From Candidatus Krumholzibacteriia bacterium (lineage in GTDB: Bacteria > Krumholzibacteriota > Krumholzibacteriia > LZORAL124-64-63), in NCBI GenBank assembly GCA_023270185.1, contig JAGLCY010000029.1, positions 1-55,575 on the forward strand: a stretch of 55,575 nucleotides of DNA, in the 5' to 3' direction. Below, in pieces: positions 1 to 10,133 of this stretch; position 1 is the first letter of the stretch; each line of letters opens with the position of its first letter. The position numbers and the translations under genes were made by a program. The notes under the pieces are model-generated. The model was not told where the DNA came from and searched no databases. It saw nothing but the letters and a program-made list of their open reading frames with translations.

Positions 1-477
1 CTAACCTTGAACTACCTTCACATGGGACTGGCCGAAGCGGCGGTGAACACCGGTTCCCTCGATTTCGGCATCATGTACCGGATCGGTATCAAGGATCTGA
101 AGTTGGGCATGACCATCCAGCACCTGGGCGGGAAGTTCAAGTTCGATGAACGCGAATCCAAGTTGCCGGTCGCCTTCAAGGTTGGAGCGAGCTTCAACGC
201 CTTCCGCAGTGATAATCAGCGGTTGCTTGTCGCTCTCGAATTCCAGCATCCTTCAGACAACCTGGAGAGGGCGAATGTCGGCCTGGAATACGGTCTCAAC
301 GAGATGTTCTTCGTGCGGGGCGGGTATCATATCAACTACGATACCGACGGACTTGCCTTCGGATTCGGCGCCGGGTTGCCCACCGGCGAGAACACGAAGA
401 TTTCCGCGGATTACAGCGCGGTGGACATGGATGCCATGGGTTATGTCCACCGGTTCACCGTTTCGGTTACATACTGA
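1..477 (+). CDS. PorV/PorQ-like outer-membrane beta-barrel protein, C-terminal fragment (5' end lies outside the window)
   Basis: Frame 1 is open from nt 1, with no stop before the TTG at 7. The sequence shows an alternating hydrophobic beta-strand pattern, Gly-rich turns and an aromatic C-terminal residue (...HRFTVSVTY*), all typical of OM barrels. The resemblance to T9SS PorV/PorQ C-termini is from memory, not a search. Confidence 0.55.
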   Translation, partial: LTLNYLHMGLAEAAVNTGSLDFGIMYRIGIKDLKLGMTIQHLGGKFKFDERESKLPVAFKVGASFNAFRSDNQRLLVALEFQHPSDNLERANVGLEYGLNEMFFVRGGYHINYDTDGLAFGFGAGLPTGENTKISADYSAVDMDAMGYVHRFTVSVTY

Positions 478-540
478 TCTGATCCTGGAGAGGGTGCTGA
501 CGACCTTCATGACACAATTCAGGACATCGGTTCCGCCCCG

Positions 541-570
541 CCGCCCCGTGAAAACGGGGCGGCGCTTTTT
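541..570 (+). terminator. Rho-independent terminator after the PorV-like gene
   Basis: Inverted repeat CCGCCCCG (541-548) / CGGGGCGG (555-562) with loop TGAAAA, followed by CGCTTTTT. It sits 64 nt after the stop codon at 475-477. Confidence 0.7.
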
Positions 571-694
571 CAACCTGATCGGTTTTTTCGGTATTTCTGG
601 CAATTCCCCCGCGAATTCCTTACAATCATGGCAATCGGGCACGCCCGATGCCGGTCGAGGGGGATCGGTTGGTCACCACAGTAAAGGCCTGGTC

Positions 695-2341
695 ATGGCA
701 GTCGAGTCACGCCGCTTCCGACGGTTTGTCCGCTCGCATACTTACATCTGTTACTTTACGCTGCTGTTGCTCATGCTTCCCGGTGTGGCGGGGGCCATGT
801 TGCACCCACTCGATGGCGCGGGGAATTTCCACGCTTATGTCGATGTCGTCAACAGATGGGTAACCGAGGACAGGCTCGATGTCCTGGTCCTGGTTGAAGT
901 GGCAAACGGCGACCTCAAGTACAACGAAGAGGACGGTGGATATGTCGGGCGCATGCGCCTTGAGATCCAGTTGGAGTCCTCTGACGGCCAGGTCATATCC
1001 CAGAAACGCCATATTCGCACCGAGACCCTCACGGCGGTCGAGTCATCCACCCGCACACTGTTCCAGGTCTTTGGTTTGGTCCTGGAAGACGTTCCTTTCC
1101 GATCCGGTCGGCTGGATTGTCAGATTTATGACGTCAATCGCCGTAGGGCAGGGATTCTGAATCAAGCCAAAAAGCGCAGTTCCCGCAGCGAGTGTTCCAC
1201 TGCCTGGGCGGCCGAAAATGCTCCCCGGACGCCGGAGGGAATTGCCTTGGAGGATCCCCTGTTCCTGGTGCATGCCCCGTTTGACGAATGGAACCCCGAA
1301 ACCACCGCGGAGGCCTCCGGTAGTGGCGGCTGGTTGCACGACTACACGCACCCCTCGCGTCGCTACGGTCTGGAGCAGGACCGTTTGCAGATTTTCCAGC
1401 CTGTGTGGCCGCGGGCCGGGGGCATCGCCATGGACGATGAGAATCTGGGACTCCGGGTCCAGATTGTCAGCATGGACATGGAATACGTGATCAACGACAC
1501 CATCAGGTTCGACCGGCGGGGCAGGGCCGCTCTGGCCGCGGGACGACCTTCCGCCCTGTTTTACGAATTGGACGTCAATCTGCTGCCTGAAGGCGCTTAC
1601 CGGATGAGCCTGGCCCCTCTGGGCGGACAGGGCAGGGGATCCCTGGTCGATTTCGACGTGGTCTGGCGCTTGGAAGCCCTCGGTCGCCACCGCAGCCAGA
1701 TTCTTGGTGAAGGCAGGACTGTTCTTGAGGGGAAAGATCTGAAGGAATTCCTTGCTGCCAGCCCCGCCGAGCAGGAAAAACTGCTGGACCATTTCTGGGA
1801 AAGCCTTAACCCTGATCCCGAGAGTCCGGTCAACGCGGTTTATCTCGAATTCCAGTATCGTCTGGCCTATGTGCGGAATTTCCTGGGCGGGTTCGGCCAG
1901 TTCGGCGCCAACGATGACCGGGGTGAGGTGTTCCTTCTCATTGGACCTGCGGACGAAGTCCAACTCCACCACATGCCGATGAACTTTCGCGACCAGGACG
2001 ATGCCCGGATCAAGGTCTATAATAGATTCGCTCCGGATCGTGAGGGTACCGAGGCGAAGGGCGGCAGCGCGGGCGGAACCCAGGGCATCGACCCCTACCA
2101 GGACATCGGGGGCATCCCCATGCCATATTCCCGGCGTGCGGAGTCTCAGCGTCAGACACAGGTTTTTTCTCCAACCCACAACTTCGCCTTCGAATTGTGG
2201 AAATATGACGATGTCGGGAACACCTTATTCCCCAACAGGTTCTCCCGGAAGGGCATGGGACAGCGCTTCCTGTTCGTCGACCGGACCGGTTCCGGGGATT
2301 ACTCCCTGGAATCTTCGAACGTGCTGCAGGGGGAAGAGTGA
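695..2341 (+). CDS. GWxTD-domain protein (secreted/periplasmic)
   Basis: ATG at 695 is in frame with ORF 146..2341. The N-terminus ...YICYFTLLLLMLPGVAGA looks like a signal peptide. The C-terminal part carries FWESLNPDP...NAVYLEFQYRLAYVRNF...GANDDRGEVFLLIGPADEV. This fits the GWxTD-domain pattern (FW..DP, Y.R..Y, G-x-x-D-R-G, G.PDE) with the W and T substituted. Confidence 0.65.
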   Translation: MAVESRRFRRFVRSHTYICYFTLLLLMLPGVAGAMLHPLDGAGNFHAYVDVVNRWVTEDRLDVLVLVEVANGDLKYNEEDGGYVGRMRLEIQLESSDGQVISQKRHIRTETLTAVESSTRTLFQVFGLVLEDVPFRSGRLDCQIYDVNRRRAGILNQAKKRSSRSECSTAWAAENAPRTPEGIALEDPLFLVHAPFDEWNPETTAEASGSGGWLHDYTHPSRRYGLEQDRLQIFQPVWPRAGGIAMDDENLGLRVQIVSMDMEYVINDTIRFDRRGRAALAAGRPSALFYELDVNLLPEGAYRMSLAPLGGQGRGSLVDFDVVWRLEALGRHRSQILGEGRTVLEGKDLKEFLAASPAEQEKLLDHFWESLNPDPESPVNAVYLEFQYRLAYVRNFLGGFGQFGANDDRGEVFLLIGPADEVQLHHMPMNFRDQDDARIKVYNRFAPDREGTEAKGGSAGGTQGIDPYQDIGGIPMPYSRRAESQRQTQVFSPTHNFAFELWKYDDVGNTLFPNRFSRKGMGQRFLFVDRTGSGDYSLESSNVLQGEE

Positions 2342-2361
2342 TCCACCTTGTTGAAAAGGGT

Positions 2362-2391
2362 TTGACTTGGTACCCCCATCTACACTAATTA
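2362..2391 (+). promoter_or_regulatory. Candidate sigma70 promoter for the exbB-exbD-exbD-tonB operon
   Basis: TTGACT (2362-2367), 18-nt spacer, TAATTA (2386-2391), inside an AT-richer island of the 225-nt intergenic region. Confidence 0.45.
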
Positions 2392-2566
2392 TATCAGGCG
2401 TCTAGACTCCAATGACCGGGTGATTAAAGGGTCCCGCCGCGCAATTTTGTGGCGTACAGCGGACCCATTGGTAGCTGACAAGCAGATCCCCACCTGCTTT
2501 TGTCGCTTTTAATCCCGGCACCAGTCTTTCTAAGGGTCCCATTTTCTGGAAAGGGAGACTTGCACA

Positions 2567-3442
2567 ATGGCTCGTCACGGTATGTTGAATAATGCCATTT
2601 TCCGGCTCACCATCTTCGGGTTTCTGGCCCTTCTGTTCGTCACTCCTGTGCTCGCGCAGGACGAGGCGGCTGAAGAGCAGGGCGAGGACAAATTTGCCAA
2701 GATCCAGGCTACCAGTGATTCACTGGGCTTCGGTTCCACGACGGCGGACTCCCTGCGGGAAGTTCCCCAGATCATCGAACCCCTCGGCGGGCTGAGTGGG
2801 TATGTTGATCGCTCACCGCTGGGCAAGACGGGGGCGGGTGAACTGTTCGTCAAGGGTGGCATCTTCATGTGGTGGCTGTTGACGGTTGCCCTGGTGGGAT
2901 TCGTCTTCATCATCGAACGCCTATGGACCCTCACCCGGGCTCGCGTCAATACGCGCCGGCTCATCGGGACCATCATCACCACGCTTCGCAATGACGGCGT
3001 CCAGGCCGCCTCGGAGGAATGCCAGAAGGTGCGCGGCCCCATCGCCGCCATCCTTTACGCCGGTCTCCAGAAGGCGGACAAGGGCCGTGACCAGGTTGAA
3101 AAGGCCATCGGTACCGCCGGTACCATCGAGATGTCCTTCCTCGAGCGCGGGCTGATCTGGGTCTCCTCGGTGACCACAATCGCTCCGCTGATGGGCTTCC
3201 TCGGTACGGTGTCCGGTATGATCAACGCCTTCGAGGCCATCGCCGCCAGTGAGCAGGTCAACGCCAAGCTCGTGGCCTCCGGTATCTCCGAAGCCCTGAT
3301 CACCACCGCCACCGGTCTGATCATCGCCATCCCCGCGACCATCGGCTACAACTACTTCGTCTCGACGATTGACCGTTTCGTCATCGAGATGGAAGAGACT
3401 GCTGCCGAACTGATCGAGGAACTGGAGCGCATGAAGGGCTGA
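2567..3442 (+). CDS. exbB: MotA/TolQ/ExbB-family proton channel
   Basis: The 291-aa ORF has an N-terminal signal/anchor (IFRLTIFGFLALLFVTPVLAQ). It also has a TM segment GGIFMWWLLTVALVGFVFIIERLW and the conserved C-terminal TM pair ...TIAPLMGFLGTVSGMINAF...GISEALITTATGLIIAIPA typical of ExbB/TolQ. Two ExbD genes and TonB follow. Confidence 0.85.
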   Translation: MARHGMLNNAIFRLTIFGFLALLFVTPVLAQDEAAEEQGEDKFAKIQATSDSLGFGSTTADSLREVPQIIEPLGGLSGYVDRSPLGKTGAGELFVKGGIFMWWLLTVALVGFVFIIERLWTLTRARVNTRRLIGTIITTLRNDGVQAASEECQKVRGPIAAILYAGLQKADKGRDQVEKAIGTAGTIEMSFLERGLIWVSSVTTIAPLMGFLGTVSGMINAFEAIAASEQVNAKLVASGISEALITTATGLIIAIPATIGYNYFVSTIDRFVIEMEETAAELIEELERMKG

Positions 3443-3503
3443 GCGGAAGATTGACCCGGGTTTCGCGGATCCCGGCCCCCTGGCCGGGAAGGAAGGTGGA
3501 TCG

Positions 3504-3923
3504 ATGTCTGTCATGAAGAAAAGAAAGAAAGAGCCCTTGGGCGAGTTGCGCATGGACTCGACCGCCGACGTGGCCTTTCTTCTGCTGATTTTCTTCATCG
3601 TCACGACGATTTTCGCGGCCGAGCAGGGCTTGACCCTTGTCCTGCCCGGCAAAGCGAAGGAAAAAACCGACACCGTCAAGGTGAAGGAAAGCAACATCGC
3701 CACTATCTTCGTCCAGGAGGACAATAACATCACCCTGGACCGCAAGCCCATCGAAGTCAACCACATCCAGATAGCCATCGAGGATCGTCTCCTGTCCAAT
3801 CCCAAGCTGGTTGTACTGCTCAAGATCCATCCTGAGGCGGACTACGGCAGGATGATCGCCTGCCTGGATGAATTGCGGCTTGCACGCGCCAATAAGGTTT
3901 CACTCAAGACGGCGAAAAAGTAG
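3504..3923 (+). CDS. exbD: ExbD/TolR-family biopolymer transport protein
   Basis: 139 aa. The N-terminal anchor MDSTADVAFLLLIFFIVTTIF is the ExbD/TolR signature. Position is between ExbB and TonB. Confidence 0.85.
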   Translation: MSVMKKRKKEPLGELRMDSTADVAFLLLIFFIVTTIFAAEQGLTLVLPGKAKEKTDTVKVKESNIATIFVQEDNNITLDRKPIEVNHIQIAIEDRLLSNPKLVVLLKIHPEADYGRMIACLDELRLARANKVSLKTAKK

Positions 3924-3939
3924 GGGAGGAGACTTAACC

Positions 3940-4362
3940 ATGAATTTTGGCCGATCAACAGGCAGTGGCACCTTCATCCCCACCTCGTCCATGGGTGACA
4001 TCGCCTTTCTTTTGCTGATCTTTTTCATGGTGACGACCATTTTCCGCGAAGAGTCGGGGTTGCCGGTGGAACTGCCCCGGGCCGAGGCGGGCGAGGAAGT
4101 CAACCGTGAACTGGTTTCCAACATCTATATCAATCGTGAGGGACAGATCTCCATTGATGACCGCCTGGTGCAGGTCAAGCACATTACCGACATCATCGGC
4201 ACCAAGATCAGCGACAACCCACAGTTGATCGTGGCTTTCAAGACGGACACCTATACGGATTACGGAGTTGTCAGTGACGTCATGGAGGAGTTGAAGGAGG
4301 TCAACGCGGTGCGCGTTTTCTTCAACAACGACATCGAAGGCTCGCCAGGGCAGAAGTACTAG
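3940..4362 (+). CDS. exbD: ExbD/TolR-family biopolymer transport protein (second copy)
   Basis: ATG at 3940 is preceded by GGGGAGGA (3923-3930). The motif SSMGDIAFLLLIFFMVTTIF is present. The longer ORF from 3868 overlaps the preceding exbD and is not needed. Confidence 0.85.
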   Translation: MNFGRSTGSGTFIPTSSMGDIAFLLLIFFMVTTIFREESGLPVELPRAEAGEEVNRELVSNIYINREGQISIDDRLVQVKHITDIIGTKISDNPQLIVAFKTDTYTDYGVVSDVMEELKEVNAVRVFFNNDIEGSPGQKY

Positions 4363-4369
4363 GAGCGGT

Positions 4370-5047
4370 ATGTCCAGTCTATCGGCAAATGGCAATGTTC
4401 CGAACGATGTCGTACCCGGCATCCGGACGTCGGCCAATGACGAGTTCAAGGCGCAATACAACAAGCATATGCGCTGGTCGGCGCTTATCGCGATTGTGAT
4501 TATCCTGATCGGGGCCATGCTTTCGCCTACCTATGTGCCCAGTCCCTACAAGCTGCGTCAGGAAGAATTCGAAGTCGTTGAACTCGATGACCAGGAAATC
4601 ATCGATATCCCGCCCCCGCCGGTCGAGGCGCCGCCCCCGCCCAAGGTGATCGAGGCCGCTCCGGACGACGAGGTCGATGATGACGTGGATATCGCCGATA
4701 CCCTGATGGATCTCGATTCGGCCATCAGCAGTTCCATGATGGATTTCGGGTCGGGGGGCGACGAAGGTTTCGTGGCTTCCTCCACCAACCCGAAAATCGT
4801 CAACTACGCCAAACCTAAATACCCGGAAATCGCCCGGCGTTCGCAGATTGAAGGCACGGTGATCGTCAAGGTCCTGGTTGGGCCCGACGGCAGTGTCATG
4901 GACGCCCAGATCATCCAGGGAGTGCACCCGTTGCTCAACAAGTCGGCTCTGGCCGCGGCTCGGAAGTGCAAGTTCATTCCCGGCAAGCAACGTAACATTC
5001 CGGTGAAAGCCTGGATGGCCCTGCCCTTTAATTTCCGGTTGAACTGA
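4370..5047 (+). CDS. tonB: TonB-family energy transducer
   Basis: One TM (WSALIAIVIILIGAML), a Pro-rich spacer (IPPPPVEAPPPPKV) and a C-terminal TonB domain (YPEIARRSQIEGTVIVKVLVGPDGSV...AAARKCKFIPG). Confidence 0.85.
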   Translation: MSSLSANGNVPNDVVPGIRTSANDEFKAQYNKHMRWSALIAIVIILIGAMLSPTYVPSPYKLRQEEFEVVELDDQEIIDIPPPPVEAPPPPKVIEAAPDDEVDDDVDIADTLMDLDSAISSSMMDFGSGGDEGFVASSTNPKIVNYAKPKYPEIARRSQIEGTVIVKVLVGPDGSVMDAQIIQGVHPLLNKSALAAARKCKFIPGKQRNIPVKAWMALPFNFRLN

Positions 5048-5105
5048 TCGGGCGCCGTTTCAAGGACGGGATTTCACGGAGTTTTCTCCGAACTTTTTTT
5101 GTATT

Positions 5106-5135
5106 GGCCACGTCTTCAGGACGTGGCCTTTTTTT
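5106..5135 (+). terminator. Rho-independent terminator after tonB
   Basis: GGCCACGTC (5106-5114) / GACGTGGCC (5120-5128) with loop TTCAG, followed by a T7 tract (5129-5135). Confidence 0.8.
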
Positions 5136-5209
5136 CTGGAAATGATAGATTTCCTGTGCCGGGGCGAAACCGGGAGTGGGATTTCTGCGTAGAACCTCAG
5201 GTTAATTGG

Positions 5210-5238
5210 TTGGAATCGTGGACCGGTGGAACTATGAT
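5210..5238 (+). promoter_or_regulatory. Candidate sigma70 promoter for the TolC-family/ABC ATPase genes
   Basis: TTGGAA (5210-5215), 17-nt spacer, TATGAT (5233-5238), about 80 nt upstream of the ATG at 5319. Confidence 0.4.
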
Positions 5239-5318
5239 CACCACCGGAAGCATTCAAGGACAATGGCCCTGCCCGGGATGGGTGGACAGGGCCGCTGGAT
5301 TATACCGGGAGTATCACA

Positions 5319-6785
5319 ATGTATCCTGTCCGAGCGGCAAAATTTCGGAACACGCCCTTTGTCATTCTGTGGACGGTCTTCCTGGTCTCACTGTCGGTCC
5401 TGGCGGTGACATCGCTGCCCGCAGGGGCCCAGGAGTCGCAGGGGCCGGAATCGAACCTTCCCGTCCTTTCGCTCAGGGATTGCCTCGAGGTGGCTCTTGG
5501 CGACAGTCCCATCCTCATGGTTTCCGACGAGCAACGCCACATAGCATCGCAGGATGTCACTGGAGCGTGGGGACAGTTCCTGCCGACGATCAGTCTGGGT
5601 TACGACTGGCAGAAGGCGGAGCGTACGGATTTCGATCAGAACCAATACGTGTCGGGACCCAACTTGCATATCTTGACGCGAGAGGGAATTGATCTTCCCT
5701 ATCCCACTTCGATCCCCGCCGGCCAGGCCGATGAAACCATCATCACCAAATACAAGGGGTTGAACGGCCAGGTCCGCCTGAACGTTTTCCAGGGGTTCGC
5801 GAAGTTCAGCCGTCTCAGCAGCGCCAAGAACTCGCTCAAGGCAGCCGAAGCCACCCGGGACTACACCCGGGAGCGGGTGGTCGAAGACGTGACCAGCGCC
5901 TACTTCAATCTGCTTCGCTTTCAAAGGCTGCTGGAGGTGGCTGTCGAGACGAGGGACCAGACCCAACTCGAATTGGATCGGACCGAGACCTATTTCCGGC
6001 TGGGCAGCGCGGCCAAGAGTGATGTGCTGCAGCAGCGGGTCCAGGTGGAGAACGCCAAACTGGACGTGGTGGTGGCCGACAATACGGTCAAGAAGGCTTT
6101 CGCCGACCTGGCCTATAACATGAATCGTCCCCTGGCTGAGGGGTTCACCATCGACGAGTCCATCCTCGATACGGACTACAACGTGCCGAATGTTGACGCG
6201 CTCTATACCGAAGCTCTGGCCAACCGCCTGGATCTCATCAGTTCCGAACACAACCTTAATGCCCGCAACAAGGATGTGACTACGGCCACGAGTGCCGCAT
6301 GGCCGAGTTTTGACGTGTATCTCAATCATACCCGTTATGAAAACGATTCACCCTTCCGTTTCGGTTCCAGTAAATCGGCCAGCACGACCTACGGCTGGTC
6401 GGCCTCCTGGAACGTCTTTGATCGTCTGCTGACCTGGACGGGCCGTTCCCAGGCCAAGGCGAACGCCCGGATCGCCGAATACCAGCTTCAACAGGCCAAG
6501 CTGAACGTTCAGGTCGAGGTCCGTCAGCTTTACAACTCATTGGTGGAGGCCCGCGAGAAGGCCCACGTGAGTCGTGAGACGATCATCCAGTCCGAAGAGG
6601 AACTGAGACTGGCCCGCGAAAGGTTCCGTGTGGGGGCGGGCACGACGCTGGATATTATTCTGGCCCAGGCCAACCTGACCAACTCCAAGGCCCAGGAGGT
6701 TCAGGCCATGTGCGATTTCCTGATCACCCAGACACAGATGTACCGTGCCGTGGGGCGGACCAACGCCTGGGCCGGTGAGCAATAG
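5319..6785 (+). CDS. TolC-family outer-membrane efflux protein
   Basis: 488 aa with a signal peptide ([26 protein letters not shown]). [17 protein letters not shown] resembles a TolC N-terminus. There are two long coiled-coil-like repeats with the characteristic ...[33 protein letters not shown]... and ...[26 protein letters not shown]... halves. Confidence 0.8.
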   Translation: MYPVRAAKFRNTPFVILWTVFLVSLSVLAVTSLPAGAQESQGPESNLPVLSLRDCLEVALGDSPILMVSDEQRHIASQDVTGAWGQFLPTISLGYDWQKAERTDFDQNQYVSGPNLHILTREGIDLPYPTSIPAGQADETIITKYKGLNGQVRLNVFQGFAKFSRLSSAKNSLKAAEATRDYTRERVVEDVTSAYFNLLRFQRLLEVAVETRDQTQLELDRTETYFRLGSAAKSDVLQQRVQVENAKLDVVVADNTVKKAFADLAYNMNRPLAEGFTIDESILDTDYNVPNVDALYTEALANRLDLISSEHNLNARNKDVTTATSAAWPSFDVYLNHTRYENDSPFRFGSSKSASTTYGWSASWNVFDRLLTWTGRSQAKANARIAEYQLQQAKLNVQVEVRQLYNSLVEAREKAHVSRETIIQSEEELRLARERFRVGAGTTLDIILAQANLTNSKAQEVQAMCDFLITQTQMYRAVGRTNAWAGEQ

Positions 6786-6787
6786 CC

Positions 6788-7498
6788 ATGCTTGAATCGA
6801 CCGAAGAACCCCTGATTGCCGTCAAGGATCTGCACAAGATATACCAGGTCGGCACGCAGACCGTGCCCGCTGTCCAGGGTATCGACCTGGTGGTGGATCG
6901 GGGCGAACACGTGGCCATCATGGGTTCCAGCGGCTCGGGAAAATCCACTTTGATGAATATGCTGGGCTGCCTGGATACGCCGACGCGGGGCACCTATCAC
7001 CTCAACGGCACCGAGGTGAGCACCCTCAGCGATGACCAGTTGGCGGAAATCCGCAACCGGGAGATCGGTTTTGTCTTCCAGACCTTCAACCTGTTGCCCC
7101 GCAGTACTGCCGCCCAGAACGTGGAACTGCCCCTGATCTATGCCGGGGTGAAGGCTCGCGCGAGGGCCGACAGGGTCACCGCGGCCATCGAAGCGGTGGG
7201 TCTGGCGGACCGGCGGACCCACAAACCCAATGAACTGTCCGGCGGCCAGCGACAGCGGGTGGCCATTGCCAGGGCCCTGGTCAACAATCCTTCGCTCCTG
7301 CTCGCTGACGAACCCACCGGCAACCTGGATTCGACCACCAGTGACGAGATCATGCAGATTCTGGATGGTCTCAATGCCAGGGGTCACACGGTGATCATCG
7401 TCACCCACGAGGAGGAGATAGCTGCCCGTTGTCGACGCGTCATCCGGCTTCACGACGGTCGAATCATCAGCGACAAGGCCCAGACTTCGGCAGCCTGA
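6788..7498 (+). CDS. ABC transporter ATP-binding protein (MacB/LolD/FtsE-like ATPase)
   Basis: Walker [11 protein letters not shown]-loop, signature [15 protein letters not shown] and Walker B LLLADEPT. It starts 2 nt after the TolC-family stop codon. Confidence 0.9.
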   Translation: MLESTEEPLIAVKDLHKIYQVGTQTVPAVQGIDLVVDRGEHVAIMGSSGSGKSTLMNMLGCLDTPTRGTYHLNGTEVSTLSDDQLAEIRNREIGFVFQTFNLLPRSTAAQNVELPLIYAGVKARARADRVTAAIEAVGLADRRTHKPNELSGGQRQRVAIARALVNNPSLLLADEPTGNLDSTTSDEIMQILDGLNARGHTVIIVTHEEEIAARCRRVIRLHDGRIISDKAQTSAA

Positions 7499-7627
7499 CC
7501 CTCATTTCATCCAGCAGTTCAAGTCGGCCCCGATTCGGTCGAAATATACCAGAGAAGCACAAATCCCAACGAGACGGACAACCCGGGACACCGGTGCTGC
7601 CATCGGCAGGGACCGTGGAGTCGACGG

Positions 7628-8896
7628 ATGTATTTTTTCTATTTCTATCCACTGGGCCTGGATCGTCGGCGGACACGACTCCCCGTGTTGTCCCGATTCC
7701 TGATGGCGTCCATGGTTGTTGCCTTTCTTTGGGTCCGGTATTTCCCAGACCAGGGCCCCTGCTCGCCCTATGATCTTGTCTTTTACCCGGGAGACGGGTC
7801 CCCCCTGACCGCGCTCACCGCGATCTTCCTTCACGCCGGTTGGATGCACCTGTTGGGTAACCTGCTGTATCTCCATGTTTTTGGTCCCCCTCTGGAGGAC
7901 CGGTTGGGGCATGGGAAGTTCCTGATCTATTTCCTGATCATGGGTGTGGGAGGGAACCTGGCCCATGGCCTGACCTCGGCACTGGATTTGCTCGGTCAGG
8001 GCGGAACCGGAGTGATGGGGGCTTCAGGCGCCATCGCGGGCCTGCTGGCATTTTCCCTCGTCCGTTTTCACGACTCCAGGGTGGAGGTGGCCTGGTGGGT
8101 GCTGGCGCCCCTTGGTGGGCACAACAAGGCGGGCAGATCCCGGATTCCCTTGGCCGCGGCGGTTGGTTTTTGGCTTCTGCTGCAGGTCGTCCAGGCTCTG
8201 CTTGCGTCGGAAACCGGAGCCAGTGTTTCCTTCGGAGCCCACTTCGGTGGATTTGCCCTGGGGCTGGTGCTGGCTCTATTGATGGGAGAACTGGAATCCG
8301 GGCGGATTGAAGCACTCGGCGCGCGAGCCGAGCGGTATTTCCGGGACGGGCAATTCCACGCGGCGGCCGGAGCCTGGACAGAGTATCTGGTCCGTTCCCC
8401 GGGCGACCTGACGGCGAGGCTTGAATTGGCACGGGCCCAAAAGCTGTGCAGGCAGGACAGGGAATCGTTGGATAATTTCCGGAAGGTCTTCGATGTTCTG
8501 CTGTCCTCAGGTCGGATTCCCAAAGCCCTCGATGTATTCAACGAGGCGGGCCGCGGTCGGGATGGTCGTTGGCTACCGCCTGCGGACCTGGCCAAAGTGG
8601 CCTACTTCAAGGAGAAGCAACTTGATTACACGGGAGCCCTGAACGCCTATCGCCAACTCCATGAGGCATATCCCCTACACCCTGAAGGTCAACGGGCCCT
8701 GGTCCGGGTCATTGTCTTGTACCACGGCAAATTGGCTGATCAGCGGCAGGCTCGCCAGTGGCTGCAAAGGGCGTGGCGCCAGATGCCGCCCGGAAGCTGG
8801 CGGGAATATCTGGAAAGAGAATTCAGGCTGGCAGAAGAGCCGCGTGAAGCTGTTTCGGAAGGTTCGGCGGCAGGTCACCCGTCACGAGAATCCTGA
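7628..8896 (+). CDS. Rhomboid-family intramembrane serine protease fused to a C-terminal TPR-like helical domain
   Basis: Rhomboid motifs are present: [19 protein letters not shown] (H..xN), [10 protein letters not shown] (catalytic GxSG) and HFGGFALGL (catalytic His). The C-terminal ~190 aa are helical-repeat-like ([18 protein letters not shown]..., [13 protein letters not shown]...). Confidence 0.8.
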   Translation: MYFFYFYPLGLDRRRTRLPVLSRFLMASMVVAFLWVRYFPDQGPCSPYDLVFYPGDGSPLTALTAIFLHAGWMHLLGNLLYLHVFGPPLEDRLGHGKFLIYFLIMGVGGNLAHGLTSALDLLGQGGTGVMGASGAIAGLLAFSLVRFHDSRVEVAWWVLAPLGGHNKAGRSRIPLAAAVGFWLLLQVVQALLASETGASVSFGAHFGGFALGLVLALLMGELESGRIEALGARAERYFRDGQFHAAAGAWTEYLVRSPGDLTARLELARAQKLCRQDRESLDNFRKVFDVLLSSGRIPKALDVFNEAGRGRDGRWLPPADLAKVAYFKEKQLDYTGALNAYRQLHEAYPLHPEGQRALVRVIVLYHGKLADQRQARQWLQRAWRQMPPGSWREYLEREFRLAEEPREAVSEGSAAGHPSRES

Positions 8897-10133
8897 GTGC
8901 CGAACCGTCGGCTCGCATCCTCCACACAGGACATTCGAAATCCCGCAGCAGGTCGGAAACGTGTCGCTGGACTTCGAGCCAGCTGTCCGGTCTGCCGCCT
9001 GTCAGGCTGATGCATGCCAGATCGTCCTGCCAGATCATTGTTCCGTTGTCCGGATCGGCTACCGCTTCCAGGGCTTCCCGCAATCCGTCCAGGGTCGATC
9101 GCCGCGCCAGAACCTCCCAACGAAAACCTTCGCCGCTGTCGAGCCATTCGGTGACCATGCCGGCGGGATCGATCCGGCCCAGCAAAAGGTCGCGCCATCG
9201 CCGGCCCAATTGGTCGTCGTCGGTGGTCAGCCTGATCCTGGTGAGATTGCGGTCCACATTCATCACCAAAGGGCGATAGCGGACTTCCCGTCGGCAGGGG
9301 GCCGGCGGTTGTGCCGGGTCATGGGCATCAAAGAATTGTCCAGGTGAATCGACGACTGCGGTGGTGCCGATCGTTGTTCCGGGACCATCGTGAAAACTGG
9401 AGCGCACTGTCAGGGGGACCTGGTGAACAGCGGCGTATTCCACGGCTCTGATGTGAACGACCCCGCAACCGGAGGAAGCGATTTGGCGCATCTCATCCCA
9501 ACTGAGGTTTTCATGGCGGTGGGCATCGGGCACCAGCCGGGGATCGGCGCTCATGACGCCGTCCACGTCCTTGAGGATTTCACATCGCACGGCCTGCAGA
9601 GCCGCTGCCAGGGCCACGGCGGTCGTGTCGCTGCCGCCGCGGCCAAGTGTGGTGATCTCCCGCTCGCGGCTGACTCCCTGGAATCCCGCGACCACAACAG
9701 TGAAGCCGTCGGCCAGGGCTTCCCTGACACGATCGCCCTTGACCTCGAGTATCCTGGCATCGTTGTGGCTGTTGTCCGTGATGATACCGCACTGGCTGCC
9801 GGTGAAGCTGATGGCGGGGCAGCCTTCGGCCGCAAGGGCCATCGACAAAAGGCTCATGGTGATGCGTTCACCCACCGAGAGCAGCATGTCCAACTCCCGG
9901 CGAGGAGGGGAAGGATTGGTTCTGCGGGCCAACTCAGCCAGGTCGTCCGTCGTCTTGCCCATGGCGCTGACAACGACGACAACCTGATGTCCCTGGTCGC
10001 GAGCTCGTCGAATGTCCTTGGCCACAGCCTGGATCCGGTCGATACCCGCAAGGCTGGATCCGCCGTATTTCCTGACCAGGACACTCCCCGGGGGACTGGG
10101 GCTGGGATCAGTCAAACCTACACCTTTCACCAT
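8823..10133 (-). CDS. lysC: Aspartate kinase
   Basis: [10 protein letters not shown]... and [15 protein letters not shown] are the kinase N-terminal signature. ...[15 protein letters not shown] follows, and C-terminal ACT-like repeats are present. The 3' end overlaps the rhomboid gene by 74 nt (convergent). Confidence 0.9.
   Translation of the reverse strand: MVKGVGLTDPSPSPPGSVLVRKYGGSSLAGIDRIQAVAKDIRRARDQGHQVVVVVSAMGKTTDDLAELARRTNPSPPRRELDMLLSVGERITMSLLSMALAAEGCPAISFTGSQCGIITDNSHNDARILEVKGDRVREALADGFTVVVAGFQGVSREREITTLGRGGSDTTAVALAAALQAVRCEILKDVDGVMSADPRLVPDAHRHENLSWDEMRQIASSGCGVVHIRAVEYAAVHQVPLTVRSSFHDGPGTTIGTTAVVDSPGQFFDAHDPAQPPAPCRREVRYRPLVMNVDRNLTRIRLTTDDDQLGRRWRDLLLGRIDPAGMVTEWLDSGEGFRWEVLARRSTLDGLREALEAVADPDNGTMIWQDDLACISLTGGRPDSWLEVQRHVSDLLRDFECPVWRMRADGSALRILVTGDLPPNLPKQLHAALLPA

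Noticed and set aside
146-694. N-terminal 183 codons of ORF 146..2341, which would give a 731-aa protein.
   Set aside because: This part overlaps the better-supported PorV-like frame (1-477) and runs straight through the terminator hairpin at 541-570. Its translation is Ser/Arg/Pro/Cys-rich junk. The signal-peptide-bearing ATG at 695 is the sensible start.
8661-9347. 228-aa + strand ORF overlapping lysC.
   Set aside because: It is antisense to a well-supported aspartate kinase and has no motifs. It begins inside the rhomboid-TPR gene in a different frame.
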